From the IMG/VR virus record IMGVR_UViG_3300042997_002639, positions 1-33,461 of that record: 33,461 nucleotides of DNA. One strand, written 5' to 3'. This DNA is from a virus. Taxonomy: Duplodnaviria > Caudoviricetes. Each line of letters opens with the position of its first letter. Position 1 is the first letter of the stretch. A model generated the notes under the pieces. It worked only from the letters and a program-made list of their open reading frames with translations, was not told where the DNA came from and did no database searches. Below are positions 7,345-17,011 of the stretch, piece after piece. Position numbers and translations under genes: made by a program.

Positions 7345-10300
7345 CTAATCATTAATTGAGTTATTCAGGCTTTGATGCAGCTTCTGGCGCAACGCACGTG
7401 GCGCCGTGTCTGCGATGCGCTGGTCCTTGGACTTCGCCATCTCGCGCACACGGCGGTTGACGTCTGTGATGCGGATCAACATCGGCTGATCCGGGTTCTT
7501 CGCGTTCCAGGCCGCGATCGCTTCGCGCGCGGCGCGCACCTTCGCTTCGTCCTTCTCGAAGATGCCCGCGGCCCACTCCGCGCGGATCTCCTGCGCCCGC
7601 AGGTTGTAGAAGGCCTTCGCCTGCTGGTTGAGGGCGTTCGCCTCCTGGATGGTGGCCACGCTCTGCGGCTGGAACCCGATGGCCTTGAGCGCAGCCTCGA
7701 GGTGGTTGGTCTCGAGCACCTTGTAGCCCTTGGCGTCGCGATACATGCCGGTGGCGGCCATGTCCACGCCCTTCGCAGCGTTGCGCACGGCCGTGGGTGC
7801 CACTTCCAGCGCGCCGGCGCCGATGTTGCCCTTCGCGACATTCAGCGCGCCGGAGAAAATGCGGCTGGCGAAGTCGCCGGCCGGGCCCGCGATCTCGAGC
7901 ACGTCGCGCGTGTGGCTCGTCTTCTGCTGCAGCAGCCCGGTGCCGGGGATCAGGTTGCCCATGCCCAGGCGGCCGGACACGTCGAGCGGCGCTCCCGGCA
8001 GGCCGCTCACGCCCTTGTCGAGGAAGTCGGCGATGCCCTTCGGCAGCATCGCCTCGAGCACTTCCTGGCGTGCCTTCTTCGCCGAGAAGTTGTAGCCCAG
8101 CAGCTGCGCGAGCGCATCGGCCACGTCCTCGGCATCCTCCGCGAACGGCAGGCCACCCGAGCCGCCCATCAGCATCAGCATGCCCAGCGCCAGCAGCGCG
8201 GCGCGCTTCCCTTCGGGGCCGCCTTGCGTGTACATGCGGTGCAGCAGCTCGAGGTAGGCGATGGAGTAGGTCTTGAATGTCATGAGCGTGCCGCCGACGG
8301 CGCCGCGGCCCCACTGCATCTTCGAAGCCTTCGAGTAGACGAACTGCGTCTCGCGCACCGCGCGGCTGGCGAACGCGGCCGGGTCGGCTTCGCCTCGATC
8401 GCGCGCCACGCGGTAGGCCGCGATGAATGTGATCCGGCGGTTCACTTGCTCGGCTGCACCGAAGACCTTGCCCCAGGCGAGCGACAGTCGCGCCAGCGCG
8501 TTCTGGCCGGCGGCACGCGCCTCGCCCAGCCGTGTGCCGTCGCCGGCGCGCAGCGAGCCCGAGCCGCGGGCCTGCGCCATGAGCTGGTGCACCTCCTGCG
8601 GCGCGACGACACCCTCGTCTTCGGCGGTCTTCAGCGCCTTGGCGAGGTCGGACTCGAACTCGAAGCCCTTCGTGGCAATGTTCTTCGCGGCAGTGCCCAG
8701 CGCCGCGGCCGCCTTGCGCGCGCCGCCAAACTGGCTGAGCCACGGGAAGGTCACTGCGGCTGGCTGCGTCATGTTCACGAACGCCGACGCGATCGACCCG
8801 CCCAGGTACTGGGCGAACAGCAGGCCGCGCACGGCCTGGGCCTCTTCCTGCGGGTTTTTCACGTACTCGGCCAGGCGCACGGCAACGTCTTTCAGCTCGC
8901 CCTGCTCCTTCGGAATCGCGTTCACGGCCTCGCCCAGGTCGCCCATGTTCAGGCCTGCGGCGGTCTGCCGCGCGTTGCTGTAGATGAAGCTGGCCAGCAC
9001 GCGGCCCACGTCCTCACTGAAGCCGGCGATGCCCTTGCGATGGATCAGGCGACGCATGGCGCTGCGGTTGGTTTTCGTGAGCTTCAGGTACTCCTGGAAG
9101 GCCTGGTCCTGCGCGCGATCGCCCGTCGAGTCGAGGCCCAGCGCATTGCCGAACAGCTCGAGCGTCTCGGGCGTGACGCCGGCGAACATCTTGAAGGCCT
9201 CCTCCGAGAGCGTGCCCTGGCTGACTGCGGCCTCGCCGAACTCGCCGCGCATGCGCGCCGCCATCGTGTTGGCATCGCGCGCGGTCTCGAACAGGCCGAA
9301 GTACTGCCGCTCGCCCTTGGCGTCGACGACGTCGACCGAGTAGCGGCCGAAGCGCGACAGCGGCGCGTAGCCGCGCGCCTGCAGGTCGCGCACCTTGTCG
9401 GCCCGATCCATGATGCCGTTCGCGGTGTTCATCAGCAGCGTCGCGCGATCGGGCTGGTCGCCGGCCAGCTGCGCCAGGCGATCGCGGATCAGCACGGCCG
9501 CCGCTTGCGCGTCCGGCGCGTCCATCACTATCGTGCGCAGGCCCTTTGCATCGTCGCCGGCGAAGCGCAGCATGTCGGCGCGCGCCATCGTGTCGAGGCT
9601 GCGGTTCGTCGCCTCCCGGAACTCGCGATACAGCGCCACCTGGTCGTCGGTCAGCTGGAACATGCCGCGCAGTTCGGCATCGCTCCAGACCACGCCCGGC
9701 TGCAGCATGCGCGACTCGTAGCGCGAAGCCACCGCCTTCTCGTAGGACTCGAGTGGCATGCCCTGCCAAGCCTTGAGCATGCGCTCGTCCAGCATGCCGT
9801 TGCGCAGCAGGCGCTGCGCTTTCTGCTCGGAGGTGAGGCCGGCCGCGGCATCGATCAGGGTCTGCACCTGCACGGGCGCGCCCTGTTCGTCGCGCGCCCA
9901 CGTCAGCGTGCCCTCGAACACCGGCTTGGCCACTGCGGTGTTGTCGGCCGCGGAGATCGGCGACTTCTTGATGTCGCGCCAGGTCTCCAGCTTCGGCAGC
10001 AGCTTGGGCGCCAGCTCGGCCGCGTCGGTGGCGTAGTGGCTCACGTCGTCGACAAAGCCCTGTGCCGCGTCGAAGACGGGCTTGAACGCCGGCGAGCGCT
10101 CGGCGACGTTGTACATCGTGCCGATGGTCTTGTGCCACCAGCTGAGCCGACCCGGCGCCGAGAACGTCTTGTTCAGCTCTGCGGCCGCGGTGCGCGCGTA
10201 CTCGCCGACCGTCGAGCGGCTGAACCGAATGTCGCCCTCCTCGCCATCGAAGGCGCCACTGTTGCCGATCGCGCTCTTCACCTGCTCCGGGTGGAGCGCC

Positions 10301-13300
10301 ACGTACTCCGTGGGGTTCTCGGCGATCACTCCGTCGAAGCCCCGGGCGATCAGCTGCCGCCTCACTTCACGACCTCGCTCCACCGAGTCCACAAGGCCGG
10401 CCACGGTTCCCGATTCGCGAATGGCCTGCACGTCAGCGCGCGTCGCAGGGTTCTGGATCGACACGTAGACCGGCATGACGTTTCCGCCGGCCTTGTACCC
10501 GTCCCCCGCGTAGATGCTCGCTCGTTCGGGATCGGCCGTCGTGTAGACGCCTGCTCCCGACTCGCCGTTTTCCGAAAGCGCAAACGTCGAGATGTCGGCG
10601 CGCGTGCCATGGAAGACCACCAGCGGCGCGCCCTGGGCGTCCACCACCTTGCTGTCGCCGAACCACGCGCGGAAGGCGGGCGTCGAGGTCTGGTCGGTGC
10701 TCGTGGGGTTGCCCTGCGCCGGGTTGACGCTGTAGATGCGATCCAGGACACTACGGATTGCTCCGGCATCCGCTCTGGTCTGCAACCCAGCTCCGGCTGC
10801 ACCTGCACCAGCCTCGACGGCGGGCTGCCGGAGCTTCTCTCTCAGGACGACCTCGTGCACGTACATGCGCTTGGCATTCGAGTCCGCCTTCACCAGCACC
10901 ACCTCCACCATCTCGCGATCGCCGATGCGCACCGGCGCGGCGACGTGATAGACCATGCCCGCGTCGCGCGCGCCCTCCATCGCCTCCGCGTGGATGATCT
11001 TGCCGTTCTTCAGCACGTCGGGCACCGCCGCGAAGGCCGTGGCCTTGTCGCGGCCGATGCCGTGGTAGAGGCTGCTCTTCACAGCCTGGCGATCGAGCGA
11101 CACGAGGCCGATGCCGAGCACCTCCACCTGTGCATTGCCCGTTGTCGCATAGTGCTGGGTCACCTTGTCGCTGATGGGCACGCCATCCGGCGCGAACTCC
11201 TTCCCGGTCATCTGCGCCACCGGCGCGCCATCGAGGAAAGCGCGGCTCTCGGCGTCCGGGTCGGTGCCCTCGGCGCGGCTGAACGCGAACCCGGCGCGCG
11301 GCGGCGCGGCCCCCGCGCTGCGCTCCACGAACGCTCGCGCCGGCAGGATGAAGTTCCGGATGATCTCGTCGTCGGTGAGGCGCAGGCCGCGGAAGCCGGG
11401 CACGTTCTCGCGCAACCAGGTGCGGATGGCGGCCACCGCGCGCCGCACGAAGTGCAGCTCGGGCGTGTTCTGCGCCATCTCGGCCAGCACCTCTTCTGCC
11501 GCCGCGCGCCGGTCCAGCTTGTTCACGCCGCGCAGGCCGTACTCGCGCACCTTCGCGTCGACCTCGGCGCGACGCATCGTCGCGATCTGGTTCAGCACGC
11601 CGTCCAGTTGCTTGCCGAAGGTGCCGCGCAGCCCATGGTGGCCCAGCACCTCGTGGTAGAGCACGCGCGCCGCATCCTCGGGCGTGGCCAGCCGGGACGC
11701 CATCAAGTAGGCCTTGCCGCGATAGTAGAAGCCTTCCGGCGCGCCGCGGGCGCCACCGCTGCGCTGGCGCAGATCCGCGCGGCGCGCGGCCTCTGGCACG
11801 GCAGCGTCGTTCATGTCGAAAGCCACGACGATGTCCGGCGCATTGCCCCAGGCGCTGCGGAGCGCGTCGACCGTCTTCCGCACGGTGGCCACGGCCTGCG
11901 TGCGCGCCTGCGGCGAGTAGGTCCGGCGGGACAACGCGCGCATGGCGTCGGCCGCCGCGGGCGACATGCCGGCGAGCCCGTCGTCCGCGCGGCGGAACAG
12001 CGCGGTGTTGCCGTTCTCGCCAGCGCGTGTCTCGATCGTCGCGGCGAGCTGGTCGAACGCCTCGTTGATTCGAGCCCGCTCGAGGCCGGCCGGGTACTGC
12101 ACGCCGGACTCGACGCCGTGCACCAGGTAATCGGAGCGAGCACCCATCGCCTTGATGCGATCGAACACCCAGGACTCGAAGGCGCGCGCGAACATCTCGG
12201 TCGGGCGCGTCCAGTAGCTCTCCTTCCCCTCCTTGATGCCGAGCGACGACTCGTAGTAGCTGCTCTCCTTGCGGCCCTGCCGCACCGCATCGGGCGGTAG
12301 ACCCAGGGTCTCGTTCAAGCTCTGGCGCGCCGACTCGACGCCGCGGCTGTAGATCCGCTTCAGGTCTTCATCGGTGGTGCCGGCCAGGCGCGCCTGCGCG
12401 CGCTCCAGCGTCAGTTCGGCTTCGCGCACCAGCGCCGCGCGATCGAGCTGCTCGCGGTAGATGGTGCTCATGACCCGATCGAACGCGCTGGCGAGCTCCG
12501 GGCGCAGGTTCGCGAGCCGACCGCGGCGGCCCGAAGGCTGTGGGGTGCCGTCGTACCTGCCCTGCTCGTACCAGCCGCTCGCCCCGCGCGCCTTTCCCTG
12601 ATAGGCATCGCCCTGCTCGAGCTCGCCGAAGTAGTGATCCAGCGCGTGCGCCCACTCGTGCGCCAGGCTGCCACCGCCACGGATCTTGGTCATGTTGATG
12701 ACCAGCCGGCCGGGCTCGTAGTGCGCGGCGAAGCGGCCTCCACCGCGCGCGCCGAAGGCCAGGCCCATGGTGCCGTTCAGGCTCATTGCCGAAGGCGGCA
12801 CGCCCATGACCTGTGCGAGGTCGCTCAGGCCGTCGTAGGCCATGTTGATGATGCGCTGGCGCTCGTCCTGCGCGCTCCAGTTGCCGAACTCGATGCCCCG
12901 GAAGCCGAAGTCGCGAATGAAGTCGTCCGGCGTGGCATCGCGGTCCAGGCGCTGCGGCAGGCCTGCGCGCTGCAGCACGTCGAGGTGCGGCCGCTCGGGC
13001 TCCTTGCCACGGGTCGCGCTGGCCAACTCGGCCTCGTAGAGGCGCCGCGCCGCCGCCTCGGCATCCGCGCGCGTCATTGCGTACGCCAGCGTGCGCCCGC
13101 CGATCTGCCGCCGGACCTCGAAATAAGAGCCTGCGATTTGCTCGGCGGTCAGCGGCGTGCCGACCTCCGCAGATTGCTCGAGCGTGAGCTCGCGCCCGCG
13201 AGGCGTGAGCGACTTGCCGCTCGATTCCCGAACCCCGAAGCGCCTGGACCACGGCTCGCCCTTCGCGGGGAACCCGTCGACCACCATCTTGCGCACGCGC

Positions 13301-16300
13301 ATCAGGTCCAAGTGGTCGAGCACGAACGGATCACTACGCCCCTTGTAGACCGAGAACAGCGTGGCGCGCGCCTCGCGCCGATGCGCGGCCAGGTCTTCGA
13401 CGCCCTCGGCGTTGCGCCGCGCGCGATCGCTGCTCGTGGCGCCGAGCCCATCGGTCCACTGCAGGTGGTCGAACAACAGGCGCTCCTTCGCGCCGGCGAT
13501 GTTCTCCGGGGTGAGCTCGCTGTAGACCGCGCGCACCGCCTGCATCATGCGCACGTAGCGGCGGCGGCCCGCCGGCGTGTTGTCCTTCGGCTGGGCCGCG
13601 AGGCGGTCGTAGATCACCTTCGCCGATGCCGCGGTCACGGGGTTCATGCCGCCACCGACCAGCGCCGACCAGTCGGGCTTCCAGATGTTCGCCTTCGTGG
13701 CGAGCTCGGCTCCTTCGGCCTCGCTCATCTCGTTCAGGTCGGACACGTTCAGGCCGCGTTCCTTCCAACGATCCTTGCGCGCGCCGCCGATCTTCTCGCC
13801 TGCATCCTGGATGCTCTCGCCGACAGCCGTGCGCGCAGGCACAGCCTTCGCGGGCTCGCCACGCGCGGCAGGTGCCTCCCGCCGCGCGCGCTGCGGCGTT
13901 GGTGCCGACGAGGTCTCGGCCGCGAGGCCCTTGCGGTCGAAGCGCACACGGCCGCCGGCCAGGTCCGAGCGGTCGAAGTCGGACAGCGCGCGTCGCGTGA
14001 GCAGACGCAGCTTTTTGACGTCGGAGGCCTTCATCTCCACGGACTGCACAGCGCGCGGCGCGATGATGTCCACGGAGTACTCGCGCCCCGCAAGCGCGCC
14101 GGTCCCCGGCTTTGCGTGCTCGCGCCCGCTCAACGAATCCGGTCGGAACGCGACCTTGACGCCGGTGTTGTCGCCTTGGCCGAGGGCCAGGTCGGGGTTG
14201 TCCGTGACGAACATGCCCGACCGAAAATCAGCTTGGGCATCCATGCGCAGCAGGTCGTCCAGGCCGCTCGGGCTCGTCTCGCGATAGAGCGGTCGACCGC
14301 TCGCGATAGAACGCGGCGTGACCCTGCCGCCGGGACCAATGCTCATGGGAGGGAGGCTGGTCACGCGCGGGAACCGTTCGTCCTCACGCGGCGCTGGAGC
14401 TGGTGCCGGCGCCGATGTATCGTCGGTCGTGGAGCTCGGAAACTCCCGGGCTACCTCGAGCAGCTGATCAATCGGGGCGTCCAGGCGGATCGTGCGCACG
14501 TCCTCGCCCTTCTCCCGTGCGGCAAGCCACTGGTGGTGGCCATCGAGCACGTGGCCATCGCTGGACACCAGGATCGCGCGATCGCCACCGGTGAACTCGC
14601 TGGCCCGCTGCACGCGCTCGGGGCTGAACTCCGCTTGGGTCGGCTTGAGGCTGTCGGCCGGCACCGTCTCTTCGGCATGCGCGATGCCGCGAGCATTCAT
14701 GAAGTTGACCATCGCACCGCGGTGCTCTGCGCGGATCTGCGGCATCTGCGCGCGCGGCACGCCCTTCGTTCCAGAGTCCGCCGCGAAGGTCGCCCATTCG
14801 CCATCCGCCAGGCGGCCCGATTGCTTGGCGGCCGGCAGCGGCTCACGCGGTTCGGGGCGCGCAGTTGGGACGGTCGGCGCGGCCGGCGCCGTGCTGGCGG
14901 CGGTCTTCTGCTTCACCACGAAGCGCCGGTTCTCCGGCACCACTTCGTGCGTGCCGTCCAGGCCGTTCTCGCTCACGAAGGCTTCGGCCTTGCCCTGCGA
15001 GAGGAACCATGCCTTGCCGTCCTCGACACGCTGCAGCGCCTTCTCGCGCCGCGCCGTCGACACTGCCCTGCCCTCGACGCTGGGAACTGGAGCTTCGGCC
15101 GCGGCCGCTGCTGGTGCTGCTGGCGCTGGCGCCTTCGCGCGCCGGCCGCGCGCCCGCGCAATGCCGTCCTGCACGCTGGTCGGTGCCTCCGACGCCGGCG
15201 CGGTCGTGGCCGGCGTGACCGGCGCCGCTACTGCTTGCGCTGGTTCGACTTGTCCTTGTTGGACTGGAGCTGCTGCAGCAGCCGGTCGCGCGCCTTCGGT
15301 GACATCTGCCGCAGGCGCAGCAGCGCCGCCAGCACGTTCTTCCGGGCCTGCGGCTCCGCGGGCAGCTTGAATGGCATCTGCAATCTCCTGATCGTTCGCG
15401 CCGAGGGCGCGGAGGAATTGTTCATCGGTGACGTTGCGGCCGCCGAAGTCGGGCACGTCGTCCGCGAGCGCGGCGGCGATGTGCCCCTCGGTCTCACGGT
15501 CGAGCGCGCGGAAGTAGTCGTCGTAGAGCGCGCGATCGCGCTCGTCGAGGTCGGAGTAGTCGAGCACCGGCGGCGCCGCGCGGTTCGCGGCCGTGGCCTG
15601 CTCCTGCTCGGCCAGCGCCGCGACGTCGGCCTGGCGCTGCGCGTCCTGCAGCAGCTGGCCGTGCGCGCCGGAATTCACCGCGATCGCCGCGCCGGTGGAG
15701 AGCGGCCCCGCGGCAGGGTCGATGCCCATGGCCTGCGACGGCAGCGGTGCTGCGCGCGCGACCGGTGCGCCAGCTCGCGTCTCGGTGGTCGGGGGGGACG
15801 GCTGCGGCGACAGCCCCATGAGGCGCGCGCGCTCGGCGGCGCGCTGGTTTTCCGGCAGTCGCGCGAGGTAGGCATCGACCTCGGCCTGCCGGCCGACGGT
15901 TCCGTCGGGGAACGCGACCAGCGTGTCCGGCTGGTAGCCGAGCTGCAGTGGGTCAGGAGCGGGTGCGGGCGCCGGCGCCGCAGCCGCTGGCTCGCCGCGC
16001 GCGCCGACGCCGTGCACCAGCGCCGCGCCGCCGCCCATCGCGCCGCCGGCCAGCAGGCCCTGCGCCGCGGAGGCCCCGACGCCCTCACCCACGGGCTTGT
16101 CGAGCGCGAGGTTCTGCAGCGCCTGCTCGGCCATCGACTGCGGCACCTCCTCGAGGACGCCCTCGGACAGCACGCCCTCGCCGACTTGCCGCGCCAGCGA
16201 GCGCTGCGAAGCGGGGCCCGCGCCGCGGATCGCACCTTGCGCCAGCATGGTGTCGGCGTCGCCGATGCCGAGGCGCTGCGCGGCACGGCCGCCAGCAGCA

Positions 16301-16893
16301 CCGAATGCCGCGGTGGTCACGCCGCTGACTGCTGCCAGCGCTGCCTGCTTCGGCGTCAGCAGGCCGTCCTGGGTCTCCTGCCGGATCTGCTCTGCCTGCG
16401 AGCCAGCACCCAGCACGCCTTCGCCGATGGCCCCGGCGATCGCCGGCGCGACCCGCGCGCCCGTGGCCAGCACCCCGCGCGCAACGCCGGCGCCGCCGAG
16501 CATCTGCGGGATCGATTCGCCCACGCTGGTCGCGATCGTGCTCGGGTTCTCGAGCATCGCCTGGGCCGTGCCCACGAAGCCGTCGGCCTCGGCCACCTTC
16601 TGGTTGGCGGCCTTCTGCGCGTCGGAGTACTGATCGGCGAGGAAGGCCTGCGTGTCCTTGAACCGCACGCCTGCATCCTCGACCGCCTTGCCTGCCTGGC
16701 CGCCAGTCACGAGATCCGCGAGGCCGACAACGCTCTGCGGCAGACCCACGGCGCCCTTCAGCGCGGTGATGCCGACGTCTTTCGCGACGTCGAGCGCGGT
16801 GCGCCTCGGTGGTTCGCTGCTCGCGTCCTCGTAGGAGAAACCGCGAGCGACCGGCTTGCTGGCGTCGTCGTAGGAAAAGGAATCTTGAGCCAT
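7345..16893 (-). CDS. Giant polyvalent internal virion/ejection protein (PLxRFG-type) with ParB/Srx-like, ART-like, LPD5, LPD1, zincin, LPD3 and ART-PolyVal modules
   Basis: 3182 aa. Motifs: LKPTQ...ILVSSDGHVLDGHHQW; IQDAGEKIGGARKD; FRGIEFGNW...LAFGARG...AHYEP...SLAHEWAHALD...EMFARAFE; HEVLGHHG...EEVLA; FRAWFGDSKVVD...VFHGT...GVYTT...VMPVYV...GFDGVI...EY...QVKSAIGN; YAPLSRFG. Confidence 0.9.
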   Translation of the reverse strand: MAQDSFSYDDASKPVARGFSYEDASSEPPRRTALDVAKDVGITALKGAVGLPQSVVGLADLVTGGQAGKAVEDAGVRFKDTQAFLADQYSDAQKAANQKVAEADGFVGTAQAMLENPSTIATSVGESIPQMLGGAGVARGVLATGARVAPAIAGAIGEGVLGAGSQAEQIRQETQDGLLTPKQAALAAVSGVTTAAFGAAGGRAAQRLGIGDADTMLAQGAIRGAGPASQRSLARQVGEGVLSEGVLEEVPQSMAEQALQNLALDKPVGEGVGASAAQGLLAGGAMGGGAALVHGVGARGEPAAAAPAPAPAPDPLQLGYQPDTLVAFPDGTVGRQAEVDAYLARLPENQRAAERARLMGLSPQPSPPTTETRAGAPVARAAPLPSQAMGIDPAAGPLSTGAAIAVNSGAHGQLLQDAQRQADVAALAEQEQATAANRAAPPVLDYSDLDERDRALYDDYFRALDRETEGHIAAALADDVPDFGGRNVTDEQFLRALGANDQEIADAIQAARGAAGPEERAGGAAAPAADVTEGARPAAAAAPVQQGQVEPAQAVAAPVTPATTAPASEAPTSVQDGIARARGRRAKAPAPAAPAAAAAEAPVPSVEGRAVSTARREKALQRVEDGKAWFLSQGKAEAFVSENGLDGTHEVVPENRRFVVKQKTAASTAPAAPTVPTARPEPREPLPAAKQSGRLADGEWATFAADSGTKGVPRAQMPQIRAEHRGAMVNFMNARGIAHAEETVPADSLKPTQAEFSPERVQRASEFTGGDRAILVSSDGHVLDGHHQWLAAREKGEDVRTIRLDAPIDQLLEVAREFPSSTTDDTSAPAPAPAPREDERFPRVTSLPPMSIGPGGRVTPRSIASGRPLYRETSPSGLDDLLRMDAQADFRSGMFVTDNPDLALGQGDNTGVKVAFRPDSLSGREHAKPGTGALAGREYSVDIIAPRAVQSVEMKASDVKKLRLLTRRALSDFDRSDLAGGRVRFDRKGLAAETSSAPTPQRARREAPAARGEPAKAVPARTAVGESIQDAGEKIGGARKDRWKERGLNVSDLNEMSEAEGAELATKANIWKPDWSALVGGGMNPVTAASAKVIYDRLAAQPKDNTPAGRRRYVRMMQAVRAVYSELTPENIAGAKERLLFDHLQWTDGLGATSSDRARRNAEGVEDLAAHRREARATLFSVYKGRSDPFVLDHLDLMRVRKMVVDGFPAKGEPWSRRFGVRESSGKSLTPRGRELTLEQSAEVGTPLTAEQIAGSYFEVRRQIGGRTLAYAMTRADAEAAARRLYEAELASATRGKEPERPHLDVLQRAGLPQRLDRDATPDDFIRDFGFRGIEFGNWSAQDERQRIINMAYDGLSDLAQVMGVPPSAMSLNGTMGLAFGARGGGRFAAHYEPGRLVINMTKIRGGGSLAHEWAHALDHYFGELEQGDAYQGKARGASGWYEQGRYDGTPQPSGRRGRLANLRPELASAFDRVMSTIYREQLDRAALVREAELTLERAQARLAGTTDEDLKRIYSRGVESARQSLNETLGLPPDAVRQGRKESSYYESSLGIKEGKESYWTRPTEMFARAFESWVFDRIKAMGARSDYLVHGVESGVQYPAGLERARINEAFDQLAATIETRAGENGNTALFRRADDGLAGMSPAAADAMRALSRRTYSPQARTQAVATVRKTVDALRSAWGNAPDIVVAFDMNDAAVPEAARRADLRQRSGGARGAPEGFYYRGKAYLMASRLATPEDAARVLYHEVLGHHGLRGTFGKQLDGVLNQIATMRRAEVDAKVREYGLRGVNKLDRRAAAEEVLAEMAQNTPELHFVRRAVAAIRTWLRENVPGFRGLRLTDDEIIRNFILPARAFVERSAGAAPPRAGFAFSRAEGTDPDAESRAFLDGAPVAQMTGKEFAPDGVPISDKVTQHYATTGNAQVEVLGIGLVSLDRQAVKSSLYHGIGRDKATAFAAVPDVLKNGKIIHAEAMEGARDAGMVYHVAAPVRIGDREMVEVVLVKADSNAKRMYVHEVVLREKLRQPAVEAGAGAAGAGLQTRADAGAIRSVLDRIYSVNPAQGNPTSTDQTSTPAFRAWFGDSKVVDAQGAPLVVFHGTRADISTFALSENGESGAGVYTTADPERASIYAGDGYKAGGNVMPVYVSIQNPATRADVQAIRESGTVAGLVDSVERGREVRRQLIARGFDGVIAENPTEYVALHPEQVKSAIGNSGAFDGEEGDIRFSRSTVGEYARTAAAELNKTFSAPGRLSWWHKTIGTMYNVAERSPAFKPVFDAAQGFVDDVSHYATDAAELAPKLLPKLETWRDIKKSPISAADNTAVAKPVFEGTLTWARDEQGAPVQVQTLIDAAAGLTSEQKAQRLLRNGMLDERMLKAWQGMPLESYEKAVASRYESRMLQPGVVWSDAELRGMFQLTDDQVALYREFREATNRSLDTMARADMLRFAGDDAKGLRTIVMDAPDAQAAAVLIRDRLAQLAGDQPDRATLLMNTANGIMDRADKVRDLQARGYAPLSRFGRYSVDVVDAKGERQYFGLFETARDANTMAARMRGEFGEAAVSQGTLSEEAFKMFAGVTPETLELFGNALGLDSTGDRAQDQAFQEYLKLTKTNRSAMRRLIHRKGIAGFSEDVGRVLASFIYSNARQTAAGLNMGDLGEAVNAIPKEQGELKDVAVRLAEYVKNPQEEAQAVRGLLFAQYLGGSIASAFVNMTQPAAVTFPWLSQFGGARKAAAALGTAAKNIATKGFEFESDLAKALKTAEDEGVVAPQEVHQLMAQARGSGSLRAGDGTRLGEARAAGQNALARLSLAWGKVFGAAEQVNRRITFIAAYRVARDRGEADPAAFASRAVRETQFVYSKASKMQWGRGAVGGTLMTFKTYSIAYLELLHRMYTQGGPEGKRAALLALGMLMLMGGSGGLPFAEDAEDVADALAQLLGYNFSAKKARQEVLEAMLPKGIADFLDKGVSGLPGAPLDVSGRLGMGNLIPGTGLLQQKTSHTRDVLEIAGPAGDFASRIFSGALNVAKGNIGAGALEVAPTAVRNAAKGVDMAATGMYRDAKGYKVLETNHLEAALKAIGFQPQSVATIQEANALNQQAKAFYNLRAQEIRAEWAAGIFEKDEAKVRAAREAIAAWNAKNPDQPMLIRITDVNRRVREMAKSKDQRIADTAPRALRQKLHQSLNNSIND

Positions 16894-16899
16894 CCCCCC

Positions 16900-16941
16900 A
16901 TCCTCTGCACGAGGGAGGGGGTAGTCGAACCCTAGAGGGGT
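16900..16941 (-). promoter_or_regulatory. Putative late promoter (copy 2; giant protein gene)
   Basis: Minus strand: CCCCTCTAGGGTT-N22-GAGGAT-N6-ATG. Confidence 0.72.
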
Positions 16942-16997
16942 CCGCCCCTCGCGGGGTAGAGTCCGGTCACCACAACAGGACCCCGCGAGGGGCGGAC
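16940..16997. repeat. Perfect 18-bp inverted repeat with a 22-nt spacer
   Basis: GTCCGCCCCTCGCGGGGT (16940-16957) and ACCCCGCGAGGGGCGGAC (16980-16997). Confidence 0.9.
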
Positions 16998-17011
16998 GAA
17001 AGGATCAGGAC

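Noticed and set aside
7372-16935. Very long plus-strand ORFs (7372..12300 and 12634..16935) and similar ones at 19380..20837, 25193..27079, 26949..28697 and 29734..31521
   Set aside because: They are antisense shadows of GC-rich genes: R/A/G/H/V-biased translations with no motifs, matching the extent of well-supported minus-strand genes.
16931-17003. Hammerhead-like GTCC...GGACGAAA around the 18-bp inverted repeat
   Set aside because: The required CTGAnGA core is absent before the stem.
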